From: an uncultured Verrucomicrobiae bacterium
GTDB lineage: Bacteria > Verrucomicrobiota > Verrucomicrobiia > Chthoniobacterales > JAFAMB01
Length of the DNA: 64,000 nt
Assembly: GCA_963837955.1 (NCBI GenBank)
Contig: CAWIPH010000002.1
Location: forward strand, 4,256,001-4,320,000
Direction of reading: 5' to 3'
Part shown: piece by piece, positions 38,454 to 50,300 of the stretch
Layout: each line of letters begins with the position of its first letter
Position numbering within the stretch: position 1 is the stretch's first letter
Made by a program: the position numbers and the translations under genes
The notes under the pieces: model-generated
What the model was told of the DNA's origin: nothing
Databases searched by the model: none
Seen by the model: the letters and a program-made list of their open reading frames with translations, nothing else

Positions 38454-41400
38454 CTATCTGCCGAAACCCTCTGAGCCGAGCCCACTGCCGATTAAATCAG
38501 GCTCAGTGTCGTGTTGTTTTGTCAATCGGACACCCACCAGCTTGCTAATTCCGTGTTCTTCCATCGTCACGCCATACAAGATGTCCGCCTTCGCGATGGT
38601 GCGCTTGTTGTGGGTAATTACGACAAACTGGCTTTGATTTACGAAGCGATCCAAAATCTTGATAAACCGACTGATATTCGATTCATCGAGAGGGGCATCC
38701 ATCTCGTCCAACACACAAAACGGACTCGGTTTGACCATGTAAATGGCGAACAGAAGCCCGACTGCAGTCATTGTCTTTTCGCCGCCAGAAAGCAGAGAAA
38801 CGGACTGCAACTGTTTGCCCGGCGGCTTGGCGATAATTTCAATCCCGCTTTCCAGCGGGTCCGCATCATCGACCAGCAAAAGGTTGGCTTTTCCCCCGCC
38901 GAACAGCTCGATGAACATTTCCTGAAAGTTTTTGCGTACCTGCTCAAACGTCTCTGCGAACAGCACTTTAGTGGTCTCGTTGATCTTGTTTATCACGTCG
39001 AGCAGATCCGTCTTTGACTTGATTAGATCAGCATTTTGCTCATCCAGAAATCGTTGCCGTTCTTCCAGCTCATCGTACTCCTGAATGGCTTCGAGGTTAA
39101 CCGGACCCATGGCGTCTAATCGCTCGCTCATCTCGGCTACAATCGTTCTCACCAATTCCCATTCGGATTCCGGAATCGGATCAGATGGATCGGGCGAGCC
39201 GGTCGCTTGTTCGGTTTCCGATAAGTTCGATTGATCGAGCCGCTTACGCTGTTCACGGACAGCGGACTGGAAGACGTGCCAATCCGGCCGAAAAGCTTCC
39301 AGCTCCGTTTGGTAGCGATGGGAGACATGCTCGCGCACGCTGTCCAGCCGGAGCTTGTGCTGAGTCGCTCGCACCTCGTGTTCACCCCGCCCCTCCTGAC
39401 ATTCAGTGAGCTGTTTCCGAAGTTGTCGCAAACTGAGTTCGACCGCGTCGACCGATCCGACTCGGCTGCCGCGTTCTTCCACCAGCGCGACTACTTCGGT
39501 CTCCGCCTTGGACTGGTCTGCTTGTAACTGTTCGATTTTGAGGCGGAGCGATTCGTTTTCGGCAAGAAACTGTTGAGCTCTAGCTCGATAGTTCGCGATG
39601 TCCCTTTCGCGACTGAGAATCAGATCCTGAAGTTCCGATAAGCGACTGGCCATCGGCTGACGCTGCCGCTGAAGGTTTTCGCGACGTTGTCGTTCGGTAG
39701 CGACTCTTACTTTCGATTCATGCAAAATTTCCGTGAGCGATTCTTCATCGGCCCGCAACGAGTCTACTTCGGACAAAGATTGGGTGAGACGTTCCTGCCA
39801 TTCCGTCAACTGCTGGGCTAAGGTTTCGAGTTCCGCCTCGAGTGCAGTCAGCCTGGCCAATGCGCCGCCTAATCGTTGCTCGGTATTCCCTTTTTCCCAA
39901 TTCAGGCTCTTGATGCGCCCTTCGACCTCGCGATGTTCGCGATCGAGCATCGAAATTCGGCTATCGAGCGTCGAAGCCGCAATTTGGGTTCGATGCACTT
40001 CTTCTCGGTGTTCCTCGACCCGATGATACATTTGCTCCAGTTCCGACTCGATCAAAGTCCGCTGTCGATGAGCCTGAGCTAATTTCTCCCGCAATTCGCC
40101 GCATTCCGATTCCAAATCGCGTATTTGCGCCTTTCGTTGCAAAACCGAATGGACATTTCCTTCACCCGACGTACCGGCAAAAACGACACCGATCTCGGAG
40201 ACGAATTCCCCGCTCAAAGTTGCCACTGCACAAGATGGCAACATGTTCTTGATTCGAAACGCAGTTTCCAGATCAGGAGCCAATACCACGTTCGCCAGCA
40301 GTCGATTCACGAATGGAGCGACCTCGCCGTGCGCACGCACTCGATCCAATGCCCAAGCCAGTGCTCCGGATGGCAGCGCCTCCATTTGGACTGGCGGAAA
40401 AGAGGAGAATGGTGTCTTGGCGCAGATGGCTGCCCTCCCATATTTACCCCCGGCCAGCGATTTACTAAGCGCTTCTGCGACTTCCGGATCGGCGATCAAG
40501 ATGGTCTGCAATTGGTCACCAAGCGCCGCTTCGATGGCGAGGATAAAATCGTGATCGACTTCCAAAAAATTTGCCAGTGTACCCAGAATCGCCGCCCGAA
40601 ATGGGGGATTCTCGAGACCTCTCAGGACTGCTTGGGTTCCGGCCTGAAGTCCTGCTCCTTCCTCGTTGAGCTGATTCAAAAGTTCGAGTCTCGATGCTCG
40701 CTCCGCCAAACTTCGCTCGACCGAAGCCAAATCGCGTTCAGCCTGCTGGAAGTCCTTTTTCGAATTGTTCAAGTCGTGCTCGCGATCGCGCAAGGCGTCA
40801 CGCGTACCCTGAACCAGCGCCGCTGCTTCCTCGGATTCCTCTCGGGCCGCCCTAATTTGCGAGGCGAGTTGATCCCGAACCAATTCCGCCTGCTTTAGCT
40901 CCTGTTGTAAGAGGGCCAGCCTGGTTTCCCCTGCTTCTCGTTGGTGGACCGTACTGGCAAGCTCCCCCCGCTGCTGCGCGATGCGACTCTCTCGCTGCTG
41001 GATGTGTCGCTGGCTCTCGTGGGTCGCTTTTTCCTTCTCCACCCTGCTTTCGCGCAATTGGTTTACCCTAGTTTGTCGGGCTTCCAGCTGGCTTTCCTCA
41101 GCCTGCAAGGTCTGGAAAAGCTCACTCAATTGGTGATCTGTATCATCCAACTGAATCTGTTGAACGACGATTTTCTCCTGAGCAGCAGCTACATCAGCAG
41201 AATAACGCTGGGAAAGCTCCTCCGCTTCACGCGCTCGCTCCTCATTAAATCCGATTCGGTTGATCGCTCGGTCCGCCTCGCTCTTCAGCTCTTGCACGCC
41301 CTGTCGCGCAGTCAGAATCTGGTCCTCCAAAACCTCGAGGGCTTCGCGCTGCTCGGCCAGCCCAAACTCCTGTGACTCAATTTGCTCTTCCAGCGATCGT

Positions 41401-42164
41401 TGCATCGAACGAAGCCGTTCTACTTCAGATTCTGCTTCGCGAATAGTGCGCCGCATCTCCTCCGCATTTCGATGCGCGAGGTGCAGGTCCAAAGCGCGCA
41501 GGTCTGCAAAAAGTGCTTGGTAGCGTCGCGCCTTCCCCGCCTGGCGTTGCAGCGACCCAATTTGCCGTTTCACCTCCTTCAGAATATCGGCCAACCGGAG
41601 AAGATTAGCGTCGGTATACTCGAGCTTGCGCAGTGCCTCTTTTTTCTGGGCCTTGTATTTGGTGATTCCCGCGGCTTCTTCGAAAATAGCTCGACGATCT
41701 TCAGGTCTTGAACTCAAAATTTGGTCAATTTTCCCCTGCTCCATGATCGAGTAGGCCGTGCGACCGATCCCGGTATCCATGAAAAGCATTTGGATGTCCT
41801 TTAGCCGGCATGGGACCTTATTCAGGAAATAGTCAGACCGGCCATCCCGAAAAACTCGGCGGGTGATCGTAACCTCGTGATATTCCAGCCCCAGCTCGCT
41901 CTCACACTCCGCAAACGTGAGAGACACCTCGGCCATTCCGACCGCCTGTTTGCTGTCGGTGCCACTGAAGATGACATCCGCCATCTCCCCGCCGCGCAAC
42001 GCTTTTGCCGATTGCTCTCCCAAAACCCAGCGGATTGCGTCGAGGACATTCGACTTTCCGCATCCATTTGGGCCGACAATGGCCGTCACTCCTCGGTGAA
42101 AATTGAGCAACGTTTTATGGGCGAAAGACTTAAATCCGATAAGCTCTATCGATTGGAGATACAT
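38454..42164 (-). CDS. smc: Chromosome segregation protein SMC
   Basis: GPNGCGKSN, coiled coils, hinge, LSGGE, DEMDAPLD. Confidence 0.97.
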   Translation of the reverse strand: MYLQSIELIGFKSFAHKTLLNFHRGVTAIVGPNGCGKSNVLDAIRWVLGEQSAKALRGGEMADVIFSGTDSKQAVGMAEVSLTFAECESELGLEYHEVTITRRVFRDGRSDYFLNKVPCRLKDIQMLFMDTGIGRTAYSIMEQGKIDQILSSRPEDRRAIFEEAAGITKYKAQKKEALRKLEYTDANLLRLADILKEVKRQIGSLQRQAGKARRYQALFADLRALDLHLAHRNAEEMRRTIREAESEVERLRSMQRSLEEQIESQEFGLAEQREALEVLEDQILTARQGVQELKSEADRAINRIGFNEERAREAEELSQRYSADVAAAQEKIVVQQIQLDDTDHQLSELFQTLQAEESQLEARQTRVNQLRESRVEKEKATHESQRHIQQRESRIAQQRGELASTVHQREAGETRLALLQQELKQAELVRDQLASQIRAAREESEEAAALVQGTRDALRDREHDLNNSKKDFQQAERDLASVERSLAERASRLELLNQLNEEGAGLQAGTQAVLRGLENPPFRAAILGTLANFLEVDHDFILAIEAALGDQLQTILIADPEVAEALSKSLAGGKYGRAAICAKTPFSSFPPVQMEALPSGALAWALDRVRAHGEVAPFVNRLLANVVLAPDLETAFRIKNMLPSCAVATLSGEFVSEIGVVFAGTSGEGNVHSVLQRKAQIRDLESECGELREKLAQAHRQRTLIESELEQMYHRVEEHREEVHRTQIAASTLDSRISMLDREHREVEGRIKSLNWEKGNTEQRLGGALARLTALEAELETLAQQLTEWQERLTQSLSEVDSLRADEESLTEILHESKVRVATERQRRENLQRQRQPMASRLSELQDLILSRERDIANYRARAQQFLAENESLRLKIEQLQADQSKAETEVVALVEERGSRVGSVDAVELSLRQLRKQLTECQEGRGEHEVRATQHKLRLDSVREHVSHRYQTELEAFRPDWHVFQSAVREQRKRLDQSNLSETEQATGSPDPSDPIPESEWELVRTIVAEMSERLDAMGPVNLEAIQEYDELEERQRFLDEQNADLIKSKTDLLDVINKINETTKVLFAETFEQVRKNFQEMFIELFGGGKANLLLVDDADPLESGIEIIAKPPGKQLQSVSLLSGGEKTMTAVGLLFAIYMVKPSPFCVLDEMDAPLDESNISRFIKILDRFVNQSQFVVITHNKRTIAKADILYGVTMEEHGISKLVGVRLTKQHDTEPDLIGSGLGSEGFGR

Positions 42165-42490
42165 ACTGCGAGTTGGGTCCGAAATTAGGCTGCCCGAGCG
42201 ATGCTGACAAGGCGAAAATACAACCCCTAGACTAAGGGGGAGACAAGAACCTCAATATCTTGGGGTAGGTGGACTCAATAGGGGTTGTTACGTTTTCTTT
42301 GGACGCTTCCAGCATCGGCATTATTTGGATCAATCTGGCGGAGGTGTCTAAGCATTCCGGTTCACTGTTTTGCTGTTGGCGGTTGGTGGATGTTTGCGAT
42401 TCGCTACTGACGCGGGCGCGCCTACGCGGCCTCCTAGATTGTGTTCGTAACTCCTGGCTCCAGACTCCCGAGTCCTGTATCCTATATTTC

Positions 42491-43831
42491 ATGACCTCGG
42501 TTGGCGCCCTCGATGACCTTTTTGAATTTCTTCGGTTTCCATCTGTATCGGCTGATACCCAGTTCAAGCCCCACGTAGAAGCGTGCGCAGATTGGCTTCT
42601 CCAGCGATTCAAAAAAGCCGGACTCACTTCAGAGAAACTCCCAACCGGCGGCAATCCGGTCATTTTGGCTAGAAATGATCACAAGCCGGGCAGAAAAACT
42701 GTTCTCATCTACGGGCATTACGATGTTCAGCCACCGGATCCTTTAGATCTCTGGGAAACTCCTCCATTTGAGCCGGTGATCCGGAACGGGCGAATTCTTG
42801 CCCGGGGCTCTACCGACAATAAGGGCCAGATCTTCGCCCACCTCATTGGCGTGGAGAGAAGTTTGCAAGCCAATCGCGATCTTCCGGTAAATGTCATCTT
42901 CTTAGTCGAAGGAGAGGAAGAAATAGGAAGTCCGCATCTTGAAGATTTCCTGCGAAAGCATGCGACAGCGCTATCGGCCGACGTAGTTGTGATCTCTGAT
43001 ACGGGAATGGTTGCCCCAGGTATCCCAACGTTCACCTATGGACTTCGGGGCATTCTTTGCCTTGAGGTCCGGCTCAGAGGGCCTTCGGCTGACCTTCATT
43101 CTGGGATCTTCGGCGGCTCCGTCGCAAATCCAGCGACTGTTCTCACGCAACTCCTCGCGAAACTCCACGACCGGCACGGGAGAGTGGCGGTGCCGGGGTT
43201 CTATGATCGGGTCAAACCACTGCAGCCGTGGGAAAGAGAACGCTGGGCGACGCTTCCATACACAGATCAAGAATGGCTGAAGATGACCGGAGCGCCCGCG
43301 CTATACGGCGAAGAGGGCTTCAGCAATTTGGAACGGGTTTGGGCTAGACCGACGGCGGAGATAAACGGTTTGGGGAGCGGATATCAAGGAGAAGGCCCCA
43401 AGACGATTGTGCCGAGCCTAGCAAAGGCCAAGCTCTCATTTCGGTTAGTTCCCGATCAGGATCCAACCGAACTTTGGGAGACAATCACCAAGTTCCTCAA
43501 GGAGAATTGCCCGTCTACTGTATCTATGGAGGTCGTCTTCCAGCACCAAGGAAAACCGTATTTGGTAGATCCGGGATCATCGTTCGGACATGCTGCCCAG
43601 AGAGCTTTGGAAAAGACTTTTGATCGACCGGTCGCATTTATCCGCGAAGGAGGCAGCGTTCCGATAACTCAAAGCTTTAAAGACGTCCTGAACTTAGATA
43701 CGCTTTTGCTCGGTTTAGCCTTGCCGGATTCTAAGGTCCATTCACCTAACGAGAATTTTCCGGTAGAGAATTTTGAGGGGGGCATTCGCCTGAACCAGCG
43801 ATTGCTCCAGGAAATTGCAGAGTTGAAATGA
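42491..43831 (+). CDS. M20 family dipeptidase
   Basis: GHYDVQP, RGSTDNKG, EGEEE, HSPNE; ATG at 42491. Confidence 0.92.
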   Translation: MTSVGALDDLFEFLRFPSVSADTQFKPHVEACADWLLQRFKKAGLTSEKLPTGGNPVILARNDHKPGRKTVLIYGHYDVQPPDPLDLWETPPFEPVIRNGRILARGSTDNKGQIFAHLIGVERSLQANRDLPVNVIFLVEGEEEIGSPHLEDFLRKHATALSADVVVISDTGMVAPGIPTFTYGLRGILCLEVRLRGPSADLHSGIFGGSVANPATVLTQLLAKLHDRHGRVAVPGFYDRVKPLQPWERERWATLPYTDQEWLKMTGAPALYGEEGFSNLERVWARPTAEINGLGSGYQGEGPKTIVPSLAKAKLSFRLVPDQDPTELWETITKFLKENCPSTVSMEVVFQHQGKPYLVDPGSSFGHAAQRALEKTFDRPVAFIREGGSVPITQSFKDVLNLDTLLLGLALPDSKVHSPNENFPVENFEGGIRLNQRLLQEIAELK

Positions 43832-44023
43832 GAAGATACATCGCGCTGTTTGTCAGTTTACTGGTCGTCCTGTCGACGGGACTGTAGCGGCGGGCTATTA
43901 GCAATATCGCCGGGGCGGCGTGCGCAACATTCTCGCGTTTGTCAGTTCGCGTGACTAACTCATTGATTAGACGGGGACCTTTCTGCGTCTTAAATTTCGT
44001 CAAGCAGACAAAACTGAAATTCC

Positions 44024-45049
44024 ATGGGAAAAGCCTCCTCCGCTCTCATTCTCGCGGTCTCGGTCTTGTTGGCGTTGATTACGGTGCGCGCGGAGCAAGC
44101 TCCCTGGAATAGCCTTTATCATTCGATTCATCGGTTAGGTATCCAATTTCAAGGAAACTCATCTGCCCAAAGCGATTCAACTCCCGTACACCATAGTTCC
44201 AGGAAGAAGCATCGCTCGTCACCGTCTCCTAAGAAGTCGGGTGACGATTCCGGTTCGAAAGAATCCGCGACCCCTACTCCAAAGCCTTTCATTGAGGATG
44301 AAAGCAAAAAGAAGGCTTCGGACAACCAAGACAGCGGTCAGCCAAAGGAAAACGAAGGAGAGACAAAGCCGACGCCTCCTTCCGTGGCGACTCTGCGACC
44401 CAGCGATCTTCGAGAGTTCAATAACCAGCCTCCTGGCGTCCAGGAGTTCATTCGCTCTGCTCTGGCCCTGACCGAACGAAATCTAGCCTATACCTATGGT
44501 TCATCGGATCCGAATAGCGGCGGAATGGATTGTTCCGGGTTCATTTATTATGCGCTGACTAATGCCGGCTACAAAGATGTCCCTCGGCAGTCGAGCGACC
44601 AATATCTCTGGGTGCGGAAAAACAGTAACTTCCACGCGGTGCTGAGCCGTAACAGCGATACGTTCGAGTTAAAGCAACTTCGCCCTGGGGACTTGATGTT
44701 TTGGTCGGGCACCTATCAGGTAAATCGGGACGTACCGATTACTCACGTCATGATCTACCTCGGCACCGAGACAAGGACCAAGAAACCGGTGATGGTAGGT
44801 GCTAGTGACGGTCGGTCCTACGATGGGGTAAGGCGATTCGGCGTGAGTGTCTTCGATTTCAAACTACCAAATGGCACACCGAATAAGAGCGACCCAGATC
44901 TTATACCGCGCTTTGAAGGTTATGCCTCTGTCCCCGGACTAGGGGAAAGCCAGTCGGTGGCAGGTAACCAACCTTCTCCGCCGCGAACTCTTGCATCGCC
45001 TCGTCCGAAGCTCGTGGAAAAAACCAAACCGCTAAGCAACGGTGACTGA
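44024..45049 (+). CDS. Secreted NlpC/P60 (C40) peptidase with low-complexity N-terminus
   Basis: YTYG, MDCSG, PGDL.F, HVMIYLG. Confidence 0.9.
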   Translation: MGKASSALILAVSVLLALITVRAEQAPWNSLYHSIHRLGIQFQGNSSAQSDSTPVHHSSRKKHRSSPSPKKSGDDSGSKESATPTPKPFIEDESKKKASDNQDSGQPKENEGETKPTPPSVATLRPSDLREFNNQPPGVQEFIRSALALTERNLAYTYGSSDPNSGGMDCSGFIYYALTNAGYKDVPRQSSDQYLWVRKNSNFHAVLSRNSDTFELKQLRPGDLMFWSGTYQVNRDVPITHVMIYLGTETRTKKPVMVGASDGRSYDGVRRFGVSVFDFKLPNGTPNKSDPDLIPRFEGYASVPGLGESQSVAGNQPSPPRTLASPRPKLVEKTKPLSNGD

Positions 45050-45155
45050 ATGAGATGATTGGTAAGTAGGCTGATCGTCCGCGCTCGCCACAGCGTCAGT
45101 TACTTTGGAGCATTGGAAAGTTCACCGGGCATTAACATGCCTCAGGAATCGGTAA

Positions 45156-45178
45156 CTGAGGCTGGAGCATTAGTCTAC
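45156..45178 (-). repeat. Dispersed copy of the GTAG-type REP seen at 24335
   Basis: ctgaggctggagcattagtctac versus the reverse complement of the 24335 copy, ctgaggctggagcatcaggctac. Confidence 0.7.
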
Positions 45179-45275
45179 TTTGCTTCTGGACAGTAGCGCG
45201 AGGAAGCTCCGGCCGCTCGCTGCGAAGGAATTTTCGGACTCGCGGGCACCCAAAGTTGGGTTATAGCGTCAAAGC

Positions 45276-46550
45276 ATGCTCGATATCCGTCTCTTCCGCG
45301 AAAAGCCTGACTTCGTTCGTGAACGCTTAGGCACACGCAGCAGAGATTTGGCTGCTCAGGTCGACGAAGTGCTGGCTATCGATGCTGAGCGCCGGCACGC
45401 CGAGACCGAGTTACAGAAACTCAACGCAGAACGAAATCGCTTGAGCAAAGAGATCGGGCTACTGCGCTCACGCAAGGAACCAAGCGCTGATTTGGAAGCG
45501 CGTGTTCGGGCCATTGCTGAGGAGATCACGGAACAGAACACGAAGGCCGCTGCAGCCGACGAAAAACAGCGCGATCTGCTCCTGAATTTACCGAACCTGC
45601 CGCACCCTGGGGCGCCGATCGGCAAGAGCGCCGATGACAATCCGATTGTCCGCCAATGGGGCGAGAAACCGACTTTCGCTTTCACCCCACAGGATCATGT
45701 CGAGCTCTCAACTGCGCTCAAACTGATTGATTTCGAACGGGCCGCGAAGATTAGCGGGAGCGGCTTTGTCTGTTTTACCAATCTAGGTGCACGACTACAG
45801 CGTGGTTTGCTGCAGTTTCTTCTCGACTTGCATACGACCGAGCACGGCTACATCGAAGTAAGCCCTCCGTTCCTGGTTCGACGCGAGGCGATGGTTGGCA
45901 CCACCCAGCTTCCTAAATTCGAACATGAGATGTGCTACGGGCTGGAAGAAGGCCAACTTTTTCTTATTCCAACGGCCGAGGTACCAGTCACGAACTTGCA
46001 CCGAGAGGAAACCCTCGCCTTGGCCGACCTGCCGAAAAGATATGTCGCCTATACCCCCTGTTTTCGACGAGAGGCTGGAGCCGCTGGAAAGGACACCCGC
46101 GGTCTCATTCGCATACACCAATTTGATAAGGTGGAGCTGGTTAAGATTACAACGCAGGAAACATCCTACGCCGAATTGGAAACATTGACCGCGAATGCCG
46201 AGAGAGTGCTGCAGCTCCTGGGGCTTCACTATCGAATTATCGAACTCTGCACTGGCGACCTCGGTTTCGGAGCCGCCAAGACCTACGACATCGAGGTTTG
46301 GGCACCTGGACAAGGACGCTATCTGGAAGTATCCAGCTGTTCCAACTTCGAGGATTTTCAGGCGCGCCGGATGAGCCTTAAATACAAAGATGCCGGCGGA
46401 AAGAACCGACTTGGCCACACGCTCAACGGTTCCGGCACCGCCTTACCCCGGTTGTTTGTCGCCTTGATCGAGACCTACCAGCAAGCGGACGGATCAATCC
46501 GATTGCCGGAACCGTTGCACGATTATGTACGGCTGAAAGAGATCCGCTGA
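45276..46550 (+). CDS. serS: Serine--tRNA ligase
   Basis: MLDI, PTAE, FRREAG, EVSSCSN, TLNGSG. Confidence 0.97.
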   Translation: MLDIRLFREKPDFVRERLGTRSRDLAAQVDEVLAIDAERRHAETELQKLNAERNRLSKEIGLLRSRKEPSADLEARVRAIAEEITEQNTKAAAADEKQRDLLLNLPNLPHPGAPIGKSADDNPIVRQWGEKPTFAFTPQDHVELSTALKLIDFERAAKISGSGFVCFTNLGARLQRGLLQFLLDLHTTEHGYIEVSPPFLVRREAMVGTTQLPKFEHEMCYGLEEGQLFLIPTAEVPVTNLHREETLALADLPKRYVAYTPCFRREAGAAGKDTRGLIRIHQFDKVELVKITTQETSYAELETLTANAERVLQLLGLHYRIIELCTGDLGFGAAKTYDIEVWAPGQGRYLEVSSCSNFEDFQARRMSLKYKDAGGKNRLGHTLNGSGTALPRLFVALIETYQQADGSIRLPEPLHDYVRLKEIR

Positions 46551-46601
46551 GGTGTCGTTGCCGCCATCCATCGTGGGAGGAACAGCGTCTCGCGATTTCC
46601 G

Positions 46602-47231
46602 CTACGACAGAATGTTTGGTTTCGACCACGGCACGGCGCACGCGGCCGTCACCAGGGGACCGTTCCAGGTTTGGACTGCGTGAACCTCCCGCTCATACCC
46701 GAGGATGGATAGCGTGCTGGTGTGCAGCAGAAAATGGCGACCATTCTGTGGCGCCAAACCTATCCAGCGTGTCACCAAGACCCGAAGAAAATGACCGTGG
46801 GAAAACAACGCCACATTCCCTTTAATCTGTTCGCAACGCGCGATCACTCGATCGGCTCTGGCGGCTACCTGTTCGATGGTTTCCCCGTTCGGGCAAGGAT
46901 GCGTCCAAACTGTCCAGCCGGGCACCTTCTCGCGAATCTGCTTTGTTGTGATCCCTTCGTAGTCGCCGTAATCCCATTCACGTAGATCATCGCTCACCTC
47001 GACCTTGTTTTTGAGACCGGCCAAGTAAGCAGTCTCCAGAGATCGCCGCAAAGGACTGCTCAAAATCGTTTCGAACTCAATGCCCTCGAAAATCGGTCGA
47101 AGAAATTCGGCTTGCGCCCGCCCCGTCTCGGTCAGTGGTATATCGGTGCGCCCGGTGTGTCGGCCATCGCGTGCCCATTCTGTTTCACCGTGTCGAATCA
47201 GGTAAATCTCATGTGCCGGATGATTTGCCAT
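46602..47231 (-). CDS. Histidine phosphatase family protein
   Basis: RHGETEW, SSPL.R, EWDYG.YEG, SHG. Confidence 0.92.
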   Translation of the reverse strand: MANHPAHEIYLIRHGETEWARDGRHTGRTDIPLTETGRAQAEFLRPIFEGIEFETILSSPLRRSLETAYLAGLKNKVEVSDDLREWDYGDYEGITTKQIREKVPGWTVWTHPCPNGETIEQVAARADRVIARCEQIKGNVALFSHGHFLRVLVTRWIGLAPQNGRHFLLHTSTLSILGYEREVHAVQTWNGPLVTAACAVPWSKPNILS

Positions 47232-47359
47232 ACGGGTCTTTAAAGATAAGCGCTAGGGTGGGCTGCTGCCAAGCGCTTAAGACACCTTATTACAGCACTC
47301 TCGCTGCTGAGCAGTCATTAGTCTCGACCGGCAGGGCGAAAACCCGACTCCGCGCAACC

Positions 47360-50300
47360 TCAATGCGCCTCAATTAGCTGAGGCTTCCTTTTCTGCCGGT
47401 TCTTGATTCGGGCGTATTGACGATCCATCCACTCTTGGAGGTCCTCGAAGTAAAGATAAATGGCCGGGGTGACATACAGCGTAATCAACTGAGAAACGAT
47501 CAGTCCGCCGACCAGAATCAATCCGAGAGGCCGTCGAGACGCCCCGTCCGCTCCGAAGCCTAAAGCGATCGGTAGCGCGCCCATGAGGGCCGCCAGCGTG
47601 GTCATTATGATCGGCCGAAACCGTTCCACGCTCGCTTCGTGCACCGCCTCCACCGAATTCTTGCCGGTCCGCTGTTGTTCGACCGCAAAGTCGACCATCA
47701 TGATCCCGTTCTTCTTAACAATGCCGATGAGCATGAACATCCCGATGTAAGAATAGAGGGATAGCTCTGAGCGAAAGAGCACCAGAGTCAGGAGTCCCCC
47801 GACTGCGGCGACCGGAAGGGAAGAAAGCACTGTGATCGGATGGAACCAGCTCTCATAAAGAATCCCGAGAATGACGTACATTATGAAGACCGCCACCAGC
47901 AAAAGCACCCCGAGCTGCGCGAAGGTGTCATTAAACGTCTTGGCCTCCCCTTGGAGCGCTCCGCGTATGGTAGGCGGCAGAATCTCGGCAGCCGTCTGAG
48001 TGATAAATTTGGTCGCCTCGCCCGCCGAAACCCCTGGCTTTAGATTGAAGTAAAGCGTTACCGCAGGGAACTGGTTGAGATGATTCACGGAAAGCATGCC
48101 GATGGATGCTTGAGGATCCGTCACCGTCTCGTTCGGGATAATCTGCCCAGCCCCGCCGGAAGGTTTGTAATAGAGCTCGTTGAGATCAGTAGGATCGCTG
48201 CGCTGTTTGTCATCCGTTTCTACAATGACCTGATATTGGTCGATCGGAGTCTTGATCAGGTAGGTGTAGTTTTGGGAATAAGCATTTTTCAGCAGCCTCT
48301 CGACGTCGACATTGTTTAAACCGTACGACTGCAGCTGCAAGTCGTTCAGGTTAATCCCGATCAGGGGTGTGCTGGCGAAGAGATCGGAAGAAACGCTTTG
48401 AAAACCGGCAAACTGGCGGCACTTCGCGATCATTTGAGTCGCCGCAGCGTAAACTTGTTTGCCATCGACTCCTGAGATCGCAAACGCGTATTGGCCTTGG
48501 TTGTTTCTGGTGGCACCCGTACTAATCTGCAGGACAGGATCCGGGCGGAGCAACGGAATGATGCCCGGTATTTGACCAAGCTGCTGAATGAGCTGGCCGA
48601 CCACAGTGCTAATGGGCGCGCGCTGGCTGCTGTCCTTCAGAAAAGCCAGAGCCAACATTTGGTTTGAGGAAAAGCCTCTGGAAAAACCAGATAAAGTGAA
48701 TGTCTCGTCGACCGCTGAGTTTCGGCGAAGCACCTGGTCAACCTGAGCTTGGATTTCACGAAAGCGGGCGGGTGAGATCCCCTCGGGGCCGAGAATCACG
48801 CCACGGATGAACGAGCTATCTCCCGCAGGAATGAATGTCTTGGGCAACAGATCAAATACCCAAACGGTCAGCAACAAACAGCCAACCCAGGTCAGCGCTG
48901 AAATCCACCGGTGATGCAGGAAAAAGTAGAGGCTCCGCCCATAAGCGGCGCTGATCCGTTTAATAAAGCGGCTGACGTTGCGCTCCATCCAGGTCTGGTC
49001 GTGTTCACCTCTATCTCCCAGGATACGAGAACACATCATCGGCGTGAGCGTGATCGACACAATACCTGAGGCAAAAATTGAGACAATAATTGTGACCGAG
49101 AATTCCCGGAATATCCGACCGATTATCCCGGTGACCATCACGAGCGGCAAAAAGACTACCGCCAGCGAAACAGTCATCGCTATGATGGTGAAGGTGATTT
49201 GTTTTGCACTATTAATGGCTGCCTCCAGCGGCCTCTGACCTGACTCCATCAAGCGAACCGTGTTCTCCAAAAACACTATCGCGTCATCAACGAGAAACCC
49301 GATGGCCAAGGTTAGCGCCATCAGAGTGAGATTGTTCAAACTGAAATTCAGCGCGCCCATCACCAGGAACGTGATCAGCATCGACAATGGCAGGGCCACT
49401 ACCGGAATTAACGTGTCAGCCGCCCGTCCCAGAAAAACGAAGATCACGATGACAACGAGCGCGAATGCTATCAGGAGAGTGTGCTCGACATCTTCCGCGT
49501 TGGCCAAAATGGTCTTGGAACGATCGTAGAGCGGGATCATCTTGACCGATCCGGGAAGCTGGCTCTGAAATTGCGGCATTAGGTCCTTGATCCTTTGTGC
49601 CACCTCGACCGCGTTAGCTCCGGCCTGACGACTTACCGCTAGCACCACTTCAGCCCCCGCTTCGCCATATTGTCGTGACCAGAAATTGCGGTTGATCCGT
49701 TCATCTTCCACCGACTGCACAACGGTTGCGACATCCTTTAAATAGACCGGGCGCCCATTCGGGCGAGCGATGATCACGTTCTGGTACTCCGCGGGAGTCG
49801 TGCGTTGGCCGTTCGGACGAAGCAAATAGGTGCGATATTTCCCGTCTAGCTGACCCGCTCCTTGATAGGCTGTGCTCTGCCCGACCGAGTTCGTGACATC
49901 GGTCATGGTCAATCCGAGCGACGAAAGCTTGTTTACATCGACCTTGATCCGAATCGCACTCCGGGCCCCATAAACATTGACCTGGCTGACACCGTTGACG
50001 ATCGCAATCTGCTGACCAAGCTGAGTATTGCCGTAATCGAAAAGAGTTCCCTCGGTCAGCGTATCACTGACTAACGCAATGTAGAAGATCGGTTGATCGT
50101 TCGGGTTCGTCTTGGTAAACGAGGGTGGTTGCGGCAGATCCGTGGGAAGAAATCCTTGAGCTCGCGAGATGGCAGCTTGTACGTCTGTAGCAGCGTCGCC
50201 CAGGCTCTTATCGAGCGAAAACTGCAACACCAAAGTAGATTGACTCGTTTGGCTGGTCGAAGTCACTAAATCGAGTCCCGGAATCTGGAGGAACTGTTTC

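Noticed and set aside
38511..41711. Long antisense ORFs inside smc (and similar ones inside other genes)
   Set aside because: Shadow ORFs expected from codon bias opposite real genes
42269..42490. N-terminal extension of the M20 dipeptidase
   Set aside because: It runs through the divergent promoter region and a heptamer array; family similarity starts at ATG 42491
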